Origin: Felis catus
Lineage: Eukaryota
Reading direction: 5' to 3'
Length of the DNA: 64,000 nt
Assembly (NCBI RefSeq): GCF_018350175.1
Contig: NC_058368.1
Location: 201,688,001-201,752,000, forward strand
The position numbers and the translations under genes are program-made. Below, piece after piece: positions 50,887-64,000 of the stretch (position 1 is its first letter; each line of letters opens with the position of its first letter). The notes beneath the pieces are model-generated. The model saw only the letters and a list, made by a program, of their open reading frames with translations. It did not search any database and was not told where the DNA came from.

Positions 50887-52157
50887 CTGTTTGAACAGAC
50901 AAAAAAAATAGTATTCACTATAAGCCTTTGCAAGTCTGCGCATTACTAGAGAAACATATTATTTCTGTATGTGGATTTTCCATCAGAGTCAATTTGAAAG
51001 CAATGTCTGTTGTGTACATAAAAGAGAAGACTTTAACAAGATGGTTTTGGGATGTAGGATATATAACTGAGTTAGAGAGAAGAAAAAAGAAAACAATGCC
51101 AATCCTACTTAAACAATACAATCCTATTTATGTATAAGTACATAAAATCATGTTTAGCCTGCAGGGGGAAAACTATAAATACAAAAAAGATATTGGGCTC
51201 CTGATTCTTACTGTCACTAAAAAAATTAAGCCATGATGTGTAAAGTAAGCATAGAGTCCTTCTAAAATCCAAAATCCACTTTAAATATCACAAAATCATT
51301 TTGTTTTTATTTCCTTTTGATTGAAAGATTATTACCAAAAGAGTATGACTAGCAGGTGTATAAGTGACACCACTTAACTGATGATTCATCTTCAAGCACA
51401 CTGTAACTATGTGTACCGTTGTCACTTATGAAGGAAGGAAAGCTTTTCCAAGGACATTTTTTTATAGCCATTGTTTCTGGAAAATGAATTCAAGATGAAC
51501 AGTGATAGAAACTAAGGCAATTTTAGCTCTCAGGCAATTTGAAGATTTTGCTATTTTAGAAGGATTCCACCAAATCTCCACGAATATTTATGAAATCGTT
51601 TTCTGAAGAAATGTTAGTTGATCACATGAATTAAACTTCCACCAACCTTCATATAACAGGGGAGGAAGGGGGGGAAGGCAAGGGATGAGGAAGCAAAAAA
51701 ATACAAAAGAAAAACAAGTCGGTCCTTTTACCCATGACCCTGAAAATGAGGTTACACTAAGCTAGAATCTCAAAAAATATAAAATGAAATTAATCATATC
51801 AGCCATTACAAACCAGTTTATTATAGCTGTTTACCTGCCTTCCATGCAGATGGGATGTGTAAAGATCGCAATTTGAGAGGATGAAATGGGTCTAGGTTCA
51901 TAAAGATGAAGTTCTAAAAAATGATTTTAAGAGACGGAAAGACAGGGAAAGTAACAGGATATGGGAAAGACCGAAGGAGGCCAGAAACCAAGTTTGTGTT
52001 AGAAGAACCGTATTTACTAAATGGATCCAGAGTCCACAGCAGGTCAGGGATGTGCCTGCCAAGGGAGGGATTTAGATAGAAAGAGGAAAGCTAAGGAGAT
52101 TAGAATTTCAGCTGCTGTTACCGGAAACGGGAGGGGCGCGCGAGGGTAAGTACTCAC

Positions 52158-52283
52158 CCTGGGGTTGAAGGCCAGCATCTGAGGATCGTTAGGATCTACC
52201 ACAGAAGGATATGGCTCGAAAATGACAACTTTTCTAGGAGATTCCAATGCAGACCTACACATGGACACTAGTAGATCTACCAC
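52158..52283 (-). CDS. PARP8: PARP8 coding exon: VVDLLVSMCRSALESPRKVVIFEPYPSVVDPNDPQMLAFNPR
   Basis: 126 nt; tttcaag|GTG ... AGG|gtgagt; embedded in ORF 52044..52370. Confidence 0.97.
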
Positions 52284-52483
52284 CTTGAAATACATACATA
52301 AGATAGTTACCATCCTTTGGGTTTCATCAAGTGCTCTGCCATTGTTTCTTCCTGTCATGGTACCTAGCATAAGTTAATCAGGAAAGCCTCAGCACTGCTA
52401 GCAACTTCTCAGATCTGTAACTTATGGCTTCAGATCAAGTTTGGACAAACTTGACCACTAACTTAAAATAGCTGACATGTGTT

Positions 52484-52749
52484 GGAGTGCCTGGGTGGCT
52501 CCATCTGTTGAGCACCCGACTCTTGATTTCAGCTCAGGTCATGATCTCATGGTTTGTGGGACTGAGCCCCACAATGGGCTCTGTGCTGTTGGCTTGGGAT
52601 TCTCTCTCCTTCTCTGTCTCTCTGCCTCTCCCCTGCTCTATGCTTCTCTCTCAAAATAAATAAATAAACATTTAAATAAAATAAAATAAAATAAAATAAA
52701 ATAAAATAAAATAAAATAAAATAAAATAAAATAAAATAAAATAAAATAA
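52484..52749 (+). mobile_element. CanSINE with expanded (AAAAT)n tail (~52675-52749)
   Basis: Head, CT tract, ~15 pentamer units. Confidence 0.94.
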
Positions 52750-54077
52750 GTTGCTCCCAATTACGTCCTAATATCCCTTTGTCATGAACACATATTATGC
52801 TCTAACATTGTTCTAGGCTCTGTGCACAAGACAGGTCCTTTCTCTCGTGGAATTTACACTCTAATGGAGAAGATGCATAATAAAACAAATCAGTTAAACA
52901 AATACATGTTTAAATACATTTCTGGTCATGTTGAATGCTGTAAAAATTAAGCAGGCATTAGAGACTAAGGCAATAGAGGGTGCTGTTTCTGAGTGGCTAG
53001 GAAGGTGTGATGTTTCAACAGAGACTAGAATAAAGATAGAGAGGGAGACCTAACTCTGGGGAGAAACCGTTCCGGGTGATGGAAACTGCAGATGCAGGAA
53101 ATGAGTCTGACATGCTCTAAGAACAGTGAAGCTCCTGACATCATCTTACTTCTTCCAGCTCTTTGCCTCAGGCCATTAATGACCTTCGTATGCTAAATAT
53201 GATGGTCTTATTCCTATGTTCTTCTATGGCCTTTTCACACAATTTACTAAGAGGCAGCGTTATTTAACAGTTAAGGGCAAGGCCCCCTCTCCAGTCCCCA
53301 AAGCAATAAGCTTCTGGCAACGGTATTAAGAAAACAGATACCGTCTAAATGGAGACAGTGTGCCAGTGTGAAGACAGGGACATCATAAGGAAAGCAATGG
53401 GCTTAATCTTTATGGAGAAAAAATACTTCAAGAAAGTTTTTAAACAGGCATTTTAAAAATGCACACAAAGAGTAAAACAAATTTTGATTCTTGTGGTTAA
53501 TGAAAGGAGCACTGTGACCTAACAATAGCAGGGCTCACTCTGTTGTGTGTATACTCACAAAATACAGCCACCCAATCACAGCATCCAGAAATGCCAGGGA
53601 CCTAAAATAATTAGCAACACTCAAACCATTCCATTGGGTATATGATCTATTAGTAATACTTCTCAAAGTACATAGAAATACATACCCACAAGACTCACTC
53701 AGAGAACAGTAGGACTGAAACCGTTAGTATGTTTTTAACACACTATTCTATTTATAGGTGTGTGTATATATAGGATTTCCAAGCAATAGATATAATAAAG
53801 ACATAATAAAATCCTTTTTGTCTTCCATACCCACACTCACATTCCTTCTACCCCAGAGAGATGTACTTTAACCCAGATACAAATTGTTTTCAACATTATC
53901 TGGTCTCCCAATAAAAGAAAAACAAATAAAAAACTCCTGAAAAAGAATAATCAGTAAAATAAAATAGCCTCGTCTCAAACTCTGGCAGTGGAGAGGGAAT
54001 TGGCACTGTCTTATAAAAATTTTCGAGAATTACATGACACGGTCTGCAACTGAAGCTTTATAAAAGTACACGCCCTT

Positions 54078-55368
54078 TGCATATAGGGTCAAATGATCTT
54101 TGACAAGGGTACTAAGACCATTCAATGGAAAAGGGTACTTTTTTCTACAATGATGGTGGGAAAACTACATCCACAAAAAACTGGAGTGGACCCTTATACC
54201 ATACATAAAAATTAATTCAAAATGTAATAAAGACCTAAACCTAAGACCTTAAACTACAAAATTCCCACAAGAAAACATAGGAGATAAGCTTCATGACATT
54301 GAACTTGGCAACGATTACTTGGATTGACAACAAAAGCAAATACAGACAAGTGGGTGTGCATCTAACTTAAAAACTTTGGTGCATCAAAGGACACAATCAA
54401 TAGAGTGAAATGGCATAGGATGGGAGAAAATATTTGCAAATAAGATATCCGAAAGGGGGTTAATATCCAGAATAGATAAAGAGTTCTTACAACTCAATAA
54501 GAAATCACATAATTTAAAAATAGGAAAAACCCAGATAGACGTTTCATTAAAGAAGACATACAGATGGCCAACAAGCATATGCAAAGATGCTCAACATCAC
54601 TAATCATCAGAAAAATGCAAATCAAAACCATAATGAGATATCACCTCACAACCATTAGGATGGCTACTATCAAACAAACAAACAAACCCAGAAAATAATA
54701 AGTGTTAAGCACATGAAGAAATTGGAGTCTTTGTGTGCAGCTGATGGAATTATAAAATGGTGCAGCCACCATGGAAAAGAGTATGGAGGCCTCTCAAGAA
54801 GTTAATAACAGAACTTCCTTCCATATGATCCTGCTGGCAGTGACAATCCCACTTCTGGATATATTTCTAAAATAATTCAAAGAAGGATTTTAAACACATT
54901 TGCATATGCATGCTCACAGCAGCATTATTCATAATAGCCAGGAGATGGAAGCAACCAAAATGTCCATTGACAGTTGAATGTATAAACAAAATGTGGAATA
55001 TACATACAGGAAATATTCAGCCTAAAAGAAGAAAATTCTGTGACATACTACAGCATGGGTGAACCTTGAGGATATTATGTTAAGTGAAATTACAAAAAGA
55101 CAAATATTTTAAGATCCACTTATGAGGTATTTAAAGTAGTCAAACTCATAGAAACAGAAAGTAGAATGGTGGTTACCAGAGTTGGACGAAGGGGGTTTAC
55201 ATAAGGGGAGTTGTTTTAATGGATATAGTTTCGAGTTCTGCAAGATGAAAAAGTTATGGAAATCGGTTTCACAACAAGTTGAATATACTTAACACTACTG
55301 AACTGTATGCTTAAAAAATGGTTATGATAGTAAATTTTATGTTATGTGTTTTTTACCACAAGAATAAA
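54078..55368 (+). mobile_element. 5'-truncated L1 (L1MB/L1MA-like): ORF2 C-terminal remnant plus 3' UTR, antisense to PARP8
   Basis: caaatgatctttgacaagggt...aagaccattcaatgg; aagatgctcaacatcactaatcatcag...gcaaatcaaaacc; 3' end aaattttatgttatgtgttttttaccacaa. Confidence 0.9.
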
Positions 55369-55639
55369 GATACAAACAGATACAATAATTAATAACCTGA
55401 ACAATGTTCCTTCTTTCAATCAAATATTTATTAAACATCTTGTGCTGAAAGCTTCAAAACAATCAAAACTACCAAAAATTATATGCATTCTCTTGCCAAT
55501 AATTTCACCAGTGGAGTCAAGCAAACTCTAATGAAATAATGGATGTCGGGGTAGAGAATTTAATTAGAATTATTTCTGTTAATATATGTCCTAAGCTAAC
55601 TTCAAAGAAATAGCATAACTACCATAGCAAAATCACATG

Positions 55640-56020
55640 CGGTCTACCAAAGCCTCCTACTCCTGGCTTCCTGGGTATAGAGCTATTGACTGGGGGCAGT
55701 TGCTCTGTGTGGGACATTTCTGCCCCTTTTGTCCAGGTCAGGCTGTATGACTAGCTTCATTCACCTCAATCAATGGACTGGCAGCAGGAAGGGGTGGAGC
55801 TGAAGAAGCAACAGGTGCACCTTCTCAACTTTTCTCTCCACTCTACCATCGGACAGGTACTTTAGACAGCAGAGCAGACGGTCCAGTTCCCTCAATCATC
55901 ACACAGAAAGCTGCCTAACAAACATTCTAATTGGGCAGCAGCGTAAGCCAGAAATAAAAATGTCTATCATCCTAAACCACTGTAATTTTATGATTTATCT
56001 GTTGCAGAAGTTAGCATTCA
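55640..56020 (+). mobile_element. Old MLT1 (MaLR) LTR
   Basis: 3' end gccagaaataaaaatgtctatcatcctaaaccactgtaatttt...gttgcagaagttagc is typical of MLT1I/J-type LTRs. Confidence 0.6.
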
Positions 56021-57849
56021 GAATTTTTGAACAAGGAAAGGTTTGTATAACACTGGATTTGTATTCGTCTGCATGTGTTAATTTTTCAATGAAGGAAAGT
56101 GTCTACTTTAAAAAATAAACATTAACAAATGACTATGATTTCTTCTACCACAAATCATGTATTTCCCCACTCTCAGCATTTAAAATGAGAGATTCTTAAT
56201 AGGACCTCAGCACATATGGTGAGTGGCGTAGCCATCAGGTTACACACATCTTTCCTCTTAGCCCAAATAATATAATTGAAGAGGCAATCTGGAGGCTAAG
56301 ATACTTAGGATAGACAAATACAGAATTCAGGCAATGGGAATTAGGCCATTTGTTGAGTGAACAAAGGTCTGTGGGCTTACAGAATCACATGCTGCCACAG
56401 GCCATTACATACAACCCAGCTGGCAGAGCAAGACTCTGCACCCTCCCCCACAGGTAAAGGCGGCCTAGGAGCACTTGCAGATGAGAAAGTTCAAGTCCAG
56501 GTGAGCAAGAAAGGCATGTACAGGAGTGGCCTACGGATATATAATGTATTCTGTAAAAGAGGCGTATTGAAAATTGAAGATCGATGGCCTTCAAACATTT
56601 CAATATGGATTCCTTTTTTCTTAATCATTTATATGAGAGCCCAGGACACACACACAAAATGGAGCTGTTTTTGTTGAAACAGTATTTGAGTGTTTGGAAT
56701 CCTAGCTGCTGAAACACACTCGTTCCAGGATAGCCTCCTTCAGTGTCCCCCTAAGGAATGTTCTTGCAGCCTCATAGAACCACTTAAAATGTAGGCGTCA
56801 ACTGATGCAGCAGGACTACTGAGATATACTAGAAAGAGAATCTGTTTCCACCTAATCTTTGGAATTATAAACAGAATATTGGGTACTTGCTTTAAAGTAG
56901 TGAAAAGAGTATTCCACTTTGGAGTAGAACCACTAAGTTGATACGGCCGAGTAATTGTGTTTTATAACTATCATGTATAATCCAAAATTAATCTCTCTTT
57001 AGCAAACATTATTTTTTGAGATGTATGTATAATAAGGGGGGGAAAGCACCTAATCTAATATTTTATCAGCTTGGCTTACTTGTTAGCATGATGTTAATTT
57101 TCTTTCTAATCCATTATTTCTTATTTCCAGGCTTTAAATCCTTCCCTTTTCAGATTGTCTGAGGGACAATTTACATCCACTAAAATGCACAAATGTTAAT
57201 TTTACCACTCAAATAATTTTATATACATACATACATACATATACCTATTATATATACACGTATATAAATACACACACACATGCACACACACTATTCATGT
57301 AAAATACATGTATGTATATTCACAAACACACACACACCTGTGTAAAGCTTAATCATCTTTACCTAGCTATAAATAGCATATATTAAACTATCTTTTCTTT
57401 GAGCAATATTAGTTCCAGTTGGTAAGAAAAACTTTCACATTAAAAAAAAAATAATAAGGAAAGAAAACAAAAGACCCACATGGTCAGACACATTCGAGAA
57501 ACCCTTAAAGTAGTGGCTACTCATTTTCTTAGTTTCAGTTTTTCTGAGAGCCTTTAATATGCAAACATGTGCATTTTGGGTGTAGGGGCAATATCAATCT
57601 GTATTTCTGAAATTTAATCATGGAATCTTTTTTGCCACATGACATACAATCACTGTTATACTGGTTGTATTTTTATTTCTCATTTGTAACTCATTACATC
57701 ACAACTGTTTTCCTTAATATTTCTTCAGGTGGATATATCGCAGTTTTAGTTAATCAGTGAAATAATCAGGTTAACAGAATGTACGTAAATCCATGAGGCC
57801 TGCGCTTTCCATATTTACTGTTGTACCTCCATCTGGTGCAATGCCTGTT

Positions 57850-58900
57850 ACATAGCAGGCATTCAGTACTTGTTGAAACAATGTCTGTTATATGATCATT
57901 TGTTCCCACTCATCTTTGCAAATTTTAAAAATGACAGATTGGCAATTCTTTTCACATTTAGTTTCCTGTTGATTTCAAATACAGCTGAATATTTTCTTAT
58001 GTTTCTTTACTAACTATAGGTCCATATTTGTGAATCGTGCGTTCATTTCCTGTAATAATCCGTTATGATCTTCATGGTTTTCTATTTTTATGTGCTTTTA
58101 TACATTTATGTTTGAGGGAAAATAAACTTTTTCATAATTCTCTCTTAATGTTCACTATTCTTTCAAGTAGGAAACGTAAAATATGTATGGACTCGATGCT
58201 GGTGTTTTCCTTTATGCTTTCCTGAAACTGCATAAACGAATAAACCTGACACACTGTTTACTCTCCTCTAGTATGTATACGGTATTTTCAAACAAAACTC
58301 TTTAGGCCATTGGGAATTTGTTTTTACCAACAGTGTAAAGAGCTAATCTGTTCCCCCCACCCCACATTGCAGGCCATTTGTACCCACTTACTAAATCATT
58401 TTTACTTTACAACTTTATATGATGCCTTCTTTAAAGTATATTAAGTATATTTTTAACAAGATCTGTTTTGGGGATCATTTGACATTCTATTCTTTGCCAG
58501 TACTGTATTTTTTTTTTAATATAAGATTGCATAATATGTTTTTGTATGTGCTTGGTCTAGCCTCCCTTAATTAACATTCATAATTTTTTTTATGTTTTGT
58601 CTGATTTTTTTTCTTATAGATTTATTAGAAAGTTAGGTTCCATGAATAAATTTTAAAAATCAATTGACATTTTGATAGAATTGCAACAAGTAAATTCTAT
58701 CATCTTTATAATATTTTTTTCCTTCTGGAAACATGGAATGCTTCTCTACTTCCAAGTTGTTTCATTTGTTTTTTTATATTTATTTGCCTTCCTATGTCGT
58801 AAACACTGCTATTGTAAAATTGGATGCTTTTTCTCATATGTTCTGTCCTTTATCTTTTCACCTAAGTTTCAGGAATAAATTAGATTCCATTTTATGGTAC
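57850..58900 (-). mobile_element. Highly degraded old L1 (L1ME-like) fragments
   Basis: T-rich reverse-L1 text (atttgtgaatcgtgcgttcatttcc, ttttgatagaattgca, catggaatgcttctc). Confidence 0.5.
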
Positions 58901-59223
58901 CATAACTTTACAAATAAATTTTACAGAATACATGTGCAAGTGTTTCAATATTTCAACTTCACCGTGAAAGAATCACAATTATTTTTTAAACAACAGGATG
59001 TGGGTTTAATTTCTTCCCTTGGCAATGGCAAAATGACAAAACACTCACTAGATAAAGATAGCAAAATTGAGTTTCTATCTATTAAAAAACAAATCAAATG
59101 CGGGTTGTTTTTTAATCTAACGTCAAACTATCAAATATTTGTCCAAAAGACTGAAGGAAACTAGTAGGTCAGAACAAGTTTTTCAAATCAGAGTAAGGAA
59201 TAATTAGTATTGCGTGTTACTAC

Positions 59224-59316
59224 CTGAGCTCCAGTTGCTATCTCATCAGCAGCTTCATTCATTACTCCCAGGGTTTGAAAAGCAAATACACAAAGCTCTC
59301 GTTCACACACAGTGGG
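59224..59316 (-). CDS. PARP8: PARP8 coding exon (first of 12 in window): PTVCERELCVFAFQTLGVMNEAADEIATGAQ
   Basis: 93 nt; acceptor ttttgtag|CCC, donor CAG|gtagta; phase 0/0. Translation matches the PARP6/PARP8 Cys-rich region as I recall it. Upstream exons lie beyond the window. Confidence 0.95.
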
Positions 59317-62133
59317 CTACAAAAGAAAGGGGAATGAGTTACACCACTGTTTTCCATTGCCCAATTCCTAAATTAAATTTATGGCATTCCATGTAATAAA
59401 TAATGCAAAAGTTTCAGAATGTTAAAAAGAAAGGAATCCTACAACTTGGTTTAATACATTTCTAAATTTAGGTAACAATTGGTAAATAATCACCTAGTGA
59501 TACAGAGTCACCAATATAAGAAATCCATTTCAAATAGTTGTAGGCACTTGCACTCAGAACTTTTTAGCAGTAGATGGAAAATACATCTCTCCTGCTTAAT
59601 ACACATTCGTATCTGAGATGTATAAAAAAAGGCAGACACCTAAGCTGGTGATATCCTAAAAAAATGAGGTTAAACCGAACAGCTAGGTAAAACAAATATA
59701 CAGAGAAGAATTCCACTTTTCCCTAGGTAGTTTTCTTTGGAAGAAATAAGCATGACTCTGCTTACTTGTTACCCAGCTCTTGAAAGATTGGTTTTGGTGC
59801 AAAGACTTGTGACTTCAATAACCTCCTGAAGTCAACAGCACTGAAATATACACTCTGCAATTGCTTTGGAAAAGTTCTCATCTTTCAAATCTAATATAGT
59901 GTCATCTGTTTGATTTATCTTATCTCCCAAGTTACATTGCATTAGGTAGCTGATGAAGCCTAACGATACAATCCATGGTGCCGCTGCCTAGCAGACAAAA
60001 GGCATTTGTTAGTGCCACTGCTTCTAAGTTCACTCATTTCTGAGGACCACTTGGGCTAGTGCTTATCCAGTGGGAAGTATGGTCCTTTGTGGTCCACCCT
60101 TTATATTCAAAAAGGGCCCAAGTGGTGGCTTTGTGTACATAAGCATGACCGATCACAAACATTTCTGGTTGACGTTCCCCAAAGAATTTTAGGGAAAAAG
60201 GAACTGATATATTTCCTTCGTCCTCCTTAAAAGTGCAGTTTGATTACATTTCAGAAACAGCAGGAAAAACTACCTATGAGAGCAAATTAATTGGAGAAAG
60301 TTCTTCATCCATACCCAAGCTATATACACACTGCTATACATAGATGGATATACTTAGAGCAGACTGTTCAATTTCTGCAATTTTTTGTTTACCTAAGTGT
60401 TTAACCTATTTTTTATCTTCTATTTTTTTGTGTGTTTATCTATGTGTATGTATGTCTCACACTCAATTTTTCCCAGAGACATTGGATTGTTTCTTCTCTT
60501 TACTTTCTAGGAGCATGATATGGTCTGAAACAGTAACAGAAACTACTGATTGTACATTTAGTGTAGTGCCAAACATTATACTGACGTTTGAGTATAGTGG
60601 AACAGTATACCACTGAGGGTCCAGGGGGAAGATAAAACTGTGGCAATCATAAAGAGCCCTAGGAATTTATTCATGTAACAGCTACCCAACAGTGTTCTCT
60701 GAGGAAGTAGACAGGGACACAGATGGTGTTTTTAATACTACTCTTGTCAAATAACCATACATTTTTATGAATAAAATCCATCAATCCCAAAGCTAAAAAT
60801 AGGATAAAGCTTATTTAGTGTATATGAGTAACAATTGGCTTTATTTTGTCGTTTGAACTTTTGGTAATCAATTACACTTACGTTGTGATCATCCAAATAT
60901 GTATGTATGTATGTATGTATGCATGTACATGGGTATTCACACACAGATTCCAGGAAATGTTTTAAAACAAAAGAAACTACCTTTTTCAGTACCTGATTAT
61001 TGCTTGAAACAACAGAAATAAAGATGAAAGAAAATACTTCGTCCTATATTAGATTGGACGGATAATTTTTTATAATTTTAACTTAGGAAAAATTTCAAAG
61101 ACTTAAGGAAAAAATATAATAGTTATTGTTACATATCTCTATCAGCCCACTCTGTCCCCAATCCTAGATATTCATGCGCCACCCTGGTTTGTGTCTCAAA
61201 TAATTTTCACCAGTTCCACCCCTGATCTCTTATTTTTTTTTATCTTGGGTAACATATAAACATTTCAATGTTTTCTTTTGCATTTCCTTTTCATCCCCCT
61301 CCCAGACATGATTATATCCAAATCTCCTAATCACGTGGACTTACCAATGGACCCATTACTTTAAATAATAAACCTACAATCCTAATGATAAATCTATGGC
61401 TTGATTACTTTATGGATACTTCTTTTCCTTTCTTGCATCTTTTTGATTAAAATGTATAAAGCTGATTTATAGGAGTATCTTGTTTCTGCAACTGTCTGAA
61501 GAAGGAAATCAGGTACCCTAGAAAATTTGGGGGGAAAAAAGAAATTTTGCTACCATACTAAAAAATTAAAACTGCACATTATAGTCTTACAAAAATAATT
61601 TGATCTTCCCTTTTTGTAAAATGGCAAATATAGAGGTAGTAATATGGCGATTAACATATATATAGGTTAACACTGACCTAAGTAAATACTAGTGAATTGT
61701 TAAACTAACACTTCTGTATTTATTGCTCATTTTACTAGAAAGTTCAAGACAGTATTTGAGACATAAATCAGTTTCATTTTGAGATAAACATTTACAAGCT
61801 AGGTTTTGTAAGCCTTTGACTTTCCCTTCTCCCATGTTTATCCATATTTTATTTGAGAAATTCAAAATGTCAACACAACATAGCACCCTAAAAGAAAGTT
61901 CTCAAGTCATATTAAGTAAATCAAGATTAGACATCTCCTTGCTCACAGAAAGGATATCTTATTCAAGAAAGAGAAACCAAATCATTCTTCCCTATTGAAA
62001 CATAAGATTTATATAGTGGATTAGCGATCTTTCACGTTAGCTGACTCTCAGCTAATCCCCTGCCCCCAACAAATTCTATTACTATACTATTTATACAAAA
62101 AACTCTAGCATTAATTAAAAATAGAACATAGTT

Positions 62134-62285
62134 GGGGCATCTGGCTGGCTCAGTCGGTAGAGGATGCAACTCTTGATCTCGAAGTTGTGCGTTCAAGCCC
62201 CACACTGAGTTTAGAGATTACTTGAATGAATGAATGAATGAATGAATGAATAAATAAGCCCCCAAATTTACACAAATATATTTAA
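62134..62285 (+). mobile_element. Short CanSINE with (TGAA)n tail
   Basis: tRNA-like head GGCTCAGTCGGTAGAG...GTTCAAGCCC; TSD aaaaatagaacat. Confidence 0.88.
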
Positions 62286-64000
62286 AAAAATAGAACATGA
62301 TCATTTAATAGCTATTACTACACATACACTTTAATACAAAGTGTATAAGCCTAAACATAACCAAATGTGTACAACATTTATGAGTTTATTTTTGAGTTTA
62401 CAATCAATAAGTTTCCATTTGCAAAATATTGCCTATTCTTCATGTTATTATATTGCCCTCCAGCAGTTAGTTCTTATAATTTAAACTATAAAACCATGCC
62501 AAGTCCTTCCTGCCATTGCACATACATAATTTTTTTTGCAATATAATATTCATTACGCACCATTTAAACACATGGAGAACTTTATGTGTCCCTGAGATTT
62601 ATTTTAGAAGTTTTTAACATACATTTTAAATTTTGTTTGAATCAAAACAATTTAAATGTGAGCAGTGAAAACATATTTCAAGAATGGTTAAGCCCTAAAG
62701 AATATTTTAGAACCTAACTGCATTGTAGAAACTTTGTGTTTTCAATGAATTTAAATCACTTCCCACTGGAAATAGAAATGATAAACCTCAAGAGAATCTA
62801 GCTACGTATTTATACTTGGCATGGTGTTGGTGAGTGGTTTTCAAACCCTTTTTTGCCATCCTCTTTCTGTTTAAACAAAGTTTTTCATGTAAGCCCAATA
62901 TACAGAACAGTAACCAGAAACTGGTTACTATTCCAGTTGAGGCACATGTGCACAGTTCAGTGTTCCTATCTGTAAACGGGGATTTAAAAAAAAAAAAAAA
63001 AATCACACCTAGCGCATCAAGTAGAGCAGAGGACCGAGAAAGAGAACCAAGTAAGATAAGGTTCATAAACTCCCCCGGAGGTATACAGAGCTGTTTCACT
63101 ATTAACAGCATTAGGGAACTTGGATAAGCCGTGTCTTCTGTGTGTTGTAACCCAGTGTGTGTACAAAAATAGGTTTTTAATGAAAATTTTCATTGAGGCT
63201 TATTATGAAGTAGTGTTTTTATTTTTATATCCATAGTTTATCCAAACCCTTAGCTTATTGTTAAAACTGTTCTCGCTAAAAAAGAAATGAGCAGCGCAAA
63301 TAAAAATTCAAAATTAAAAAACTAGTATTGAACACATATGAGAATAATGAAGAGTATCTACTGGAAACTCAAAACCTACAAGCCTTCAGCTCTTTGTATT
63401 TCTGACTTTATAGTTTATGCTTCAGGTTCTTTTCATGGTTTGGAAGAGAGACACATTCCAAGGTGGGGTGGGGGGCTGGGGGGGGGAGGTACTGTCCATT
63501 AAGAAAGACAGGGATCCCACAGAGATCAAGACAGATTTATAGTAAGATAGGCCCATGCATGTTTAAGCTTCTCCACTGTCTCATATAACTTAAGTTGTTG
63601 TTTGAGCTTTAAAATCAATTTCTTCTACTCAATTTGGATGTTAAAAAAATCATATTTCTGAATTAAAGGGTTTTTTTGGTATAATTGTTATTTATCTTAG
63701 GTTATATTTCAAAACTTGAAATCTTATATCTGAGACATGGAGCGGGGGATGGGAGGATGGGGTGAGGAGGGAACAGGATGTGCTTTTTCATTCATTCTGA
63801 AAATAAGAACTTAAGCTATAAACATTTGTCTAAGGTCCACAGCAAGGCTGGATACACAAAAATACAGATTGTCGGGTTTCTCAGCTGACTTTGCTTTAAT
63901 AGGATTGGGTGTTGTTCTTGAATAATGAAGCGGGATCTGGGGCCTAATCAGTCCATCCAGAGCAAGCAATGTGGAACGTTTTCACATGACAGGAGAAGAG

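Noticed and set aside
798..52659. Many 60-160 aa ORFs such as ...AQVMISQ...LEPASDSVSPSLS and poly-CV/TH/ER ORFs
   Set aside because: Translations of CanSINEs and microsatellites, not genes
59811..59834. Small hairpin right after the UGA of the candidate poison exon (readthrough or recoding signal)
   Set aside because: Context is UGA-CUUC rather than UGA-CUAG, and a second in-frame TAA follows before the donor
62134..62210. tRNA-like A/B boxes
   Set aside because: Head of a tRNA-derived CanSINE with tail and TSD, not a tRNA gene

Overview
Mammalian genomic DNA from a carnivore, almost certainly a felid, judged from many tRNA-derived CanSINEs of the SINEC_Fc type. The right ~39 kb holds the 3' part of PARP8 on the minus strand. 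I read 12 coding exons with GT-AG boundaries and consistent phases (59316 to the TAA at 29526). They total 990 nt, i.e. 329 aa plus stop, and include the whole H-Y-I-type mono-ADP-ribosyltransferase domain. A probable ~4.5 kb 3' UTR follows, down to ~24960. The left ~25 kb is intergenic and repeat-rich (MLT1/MLT2, ERVL LTR, L1, L2, MIR, hAT relics, microsatellites). The most unusual signal is a heavily decayed Ty3/Gypsy (Metaviridae) retrotransposon fossil at ~8800-14030 (-). Its gag (with a Zn knuckle), RT-connection, RNase H and integrase remnants lie in the correct order and are split by nested L2, ERVL-LTR, L1 and SINE insertions; none of this is evident from the ORF track. Also notable are a strong candidate poison cassette exon in a PARP8 intron (59766-59987), a solo LTR antisense to PARP8 next to an exon, and clustered Pumilio elements in the 3' UTR. 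All family assignments come from manual reading and recall; no searches were run.
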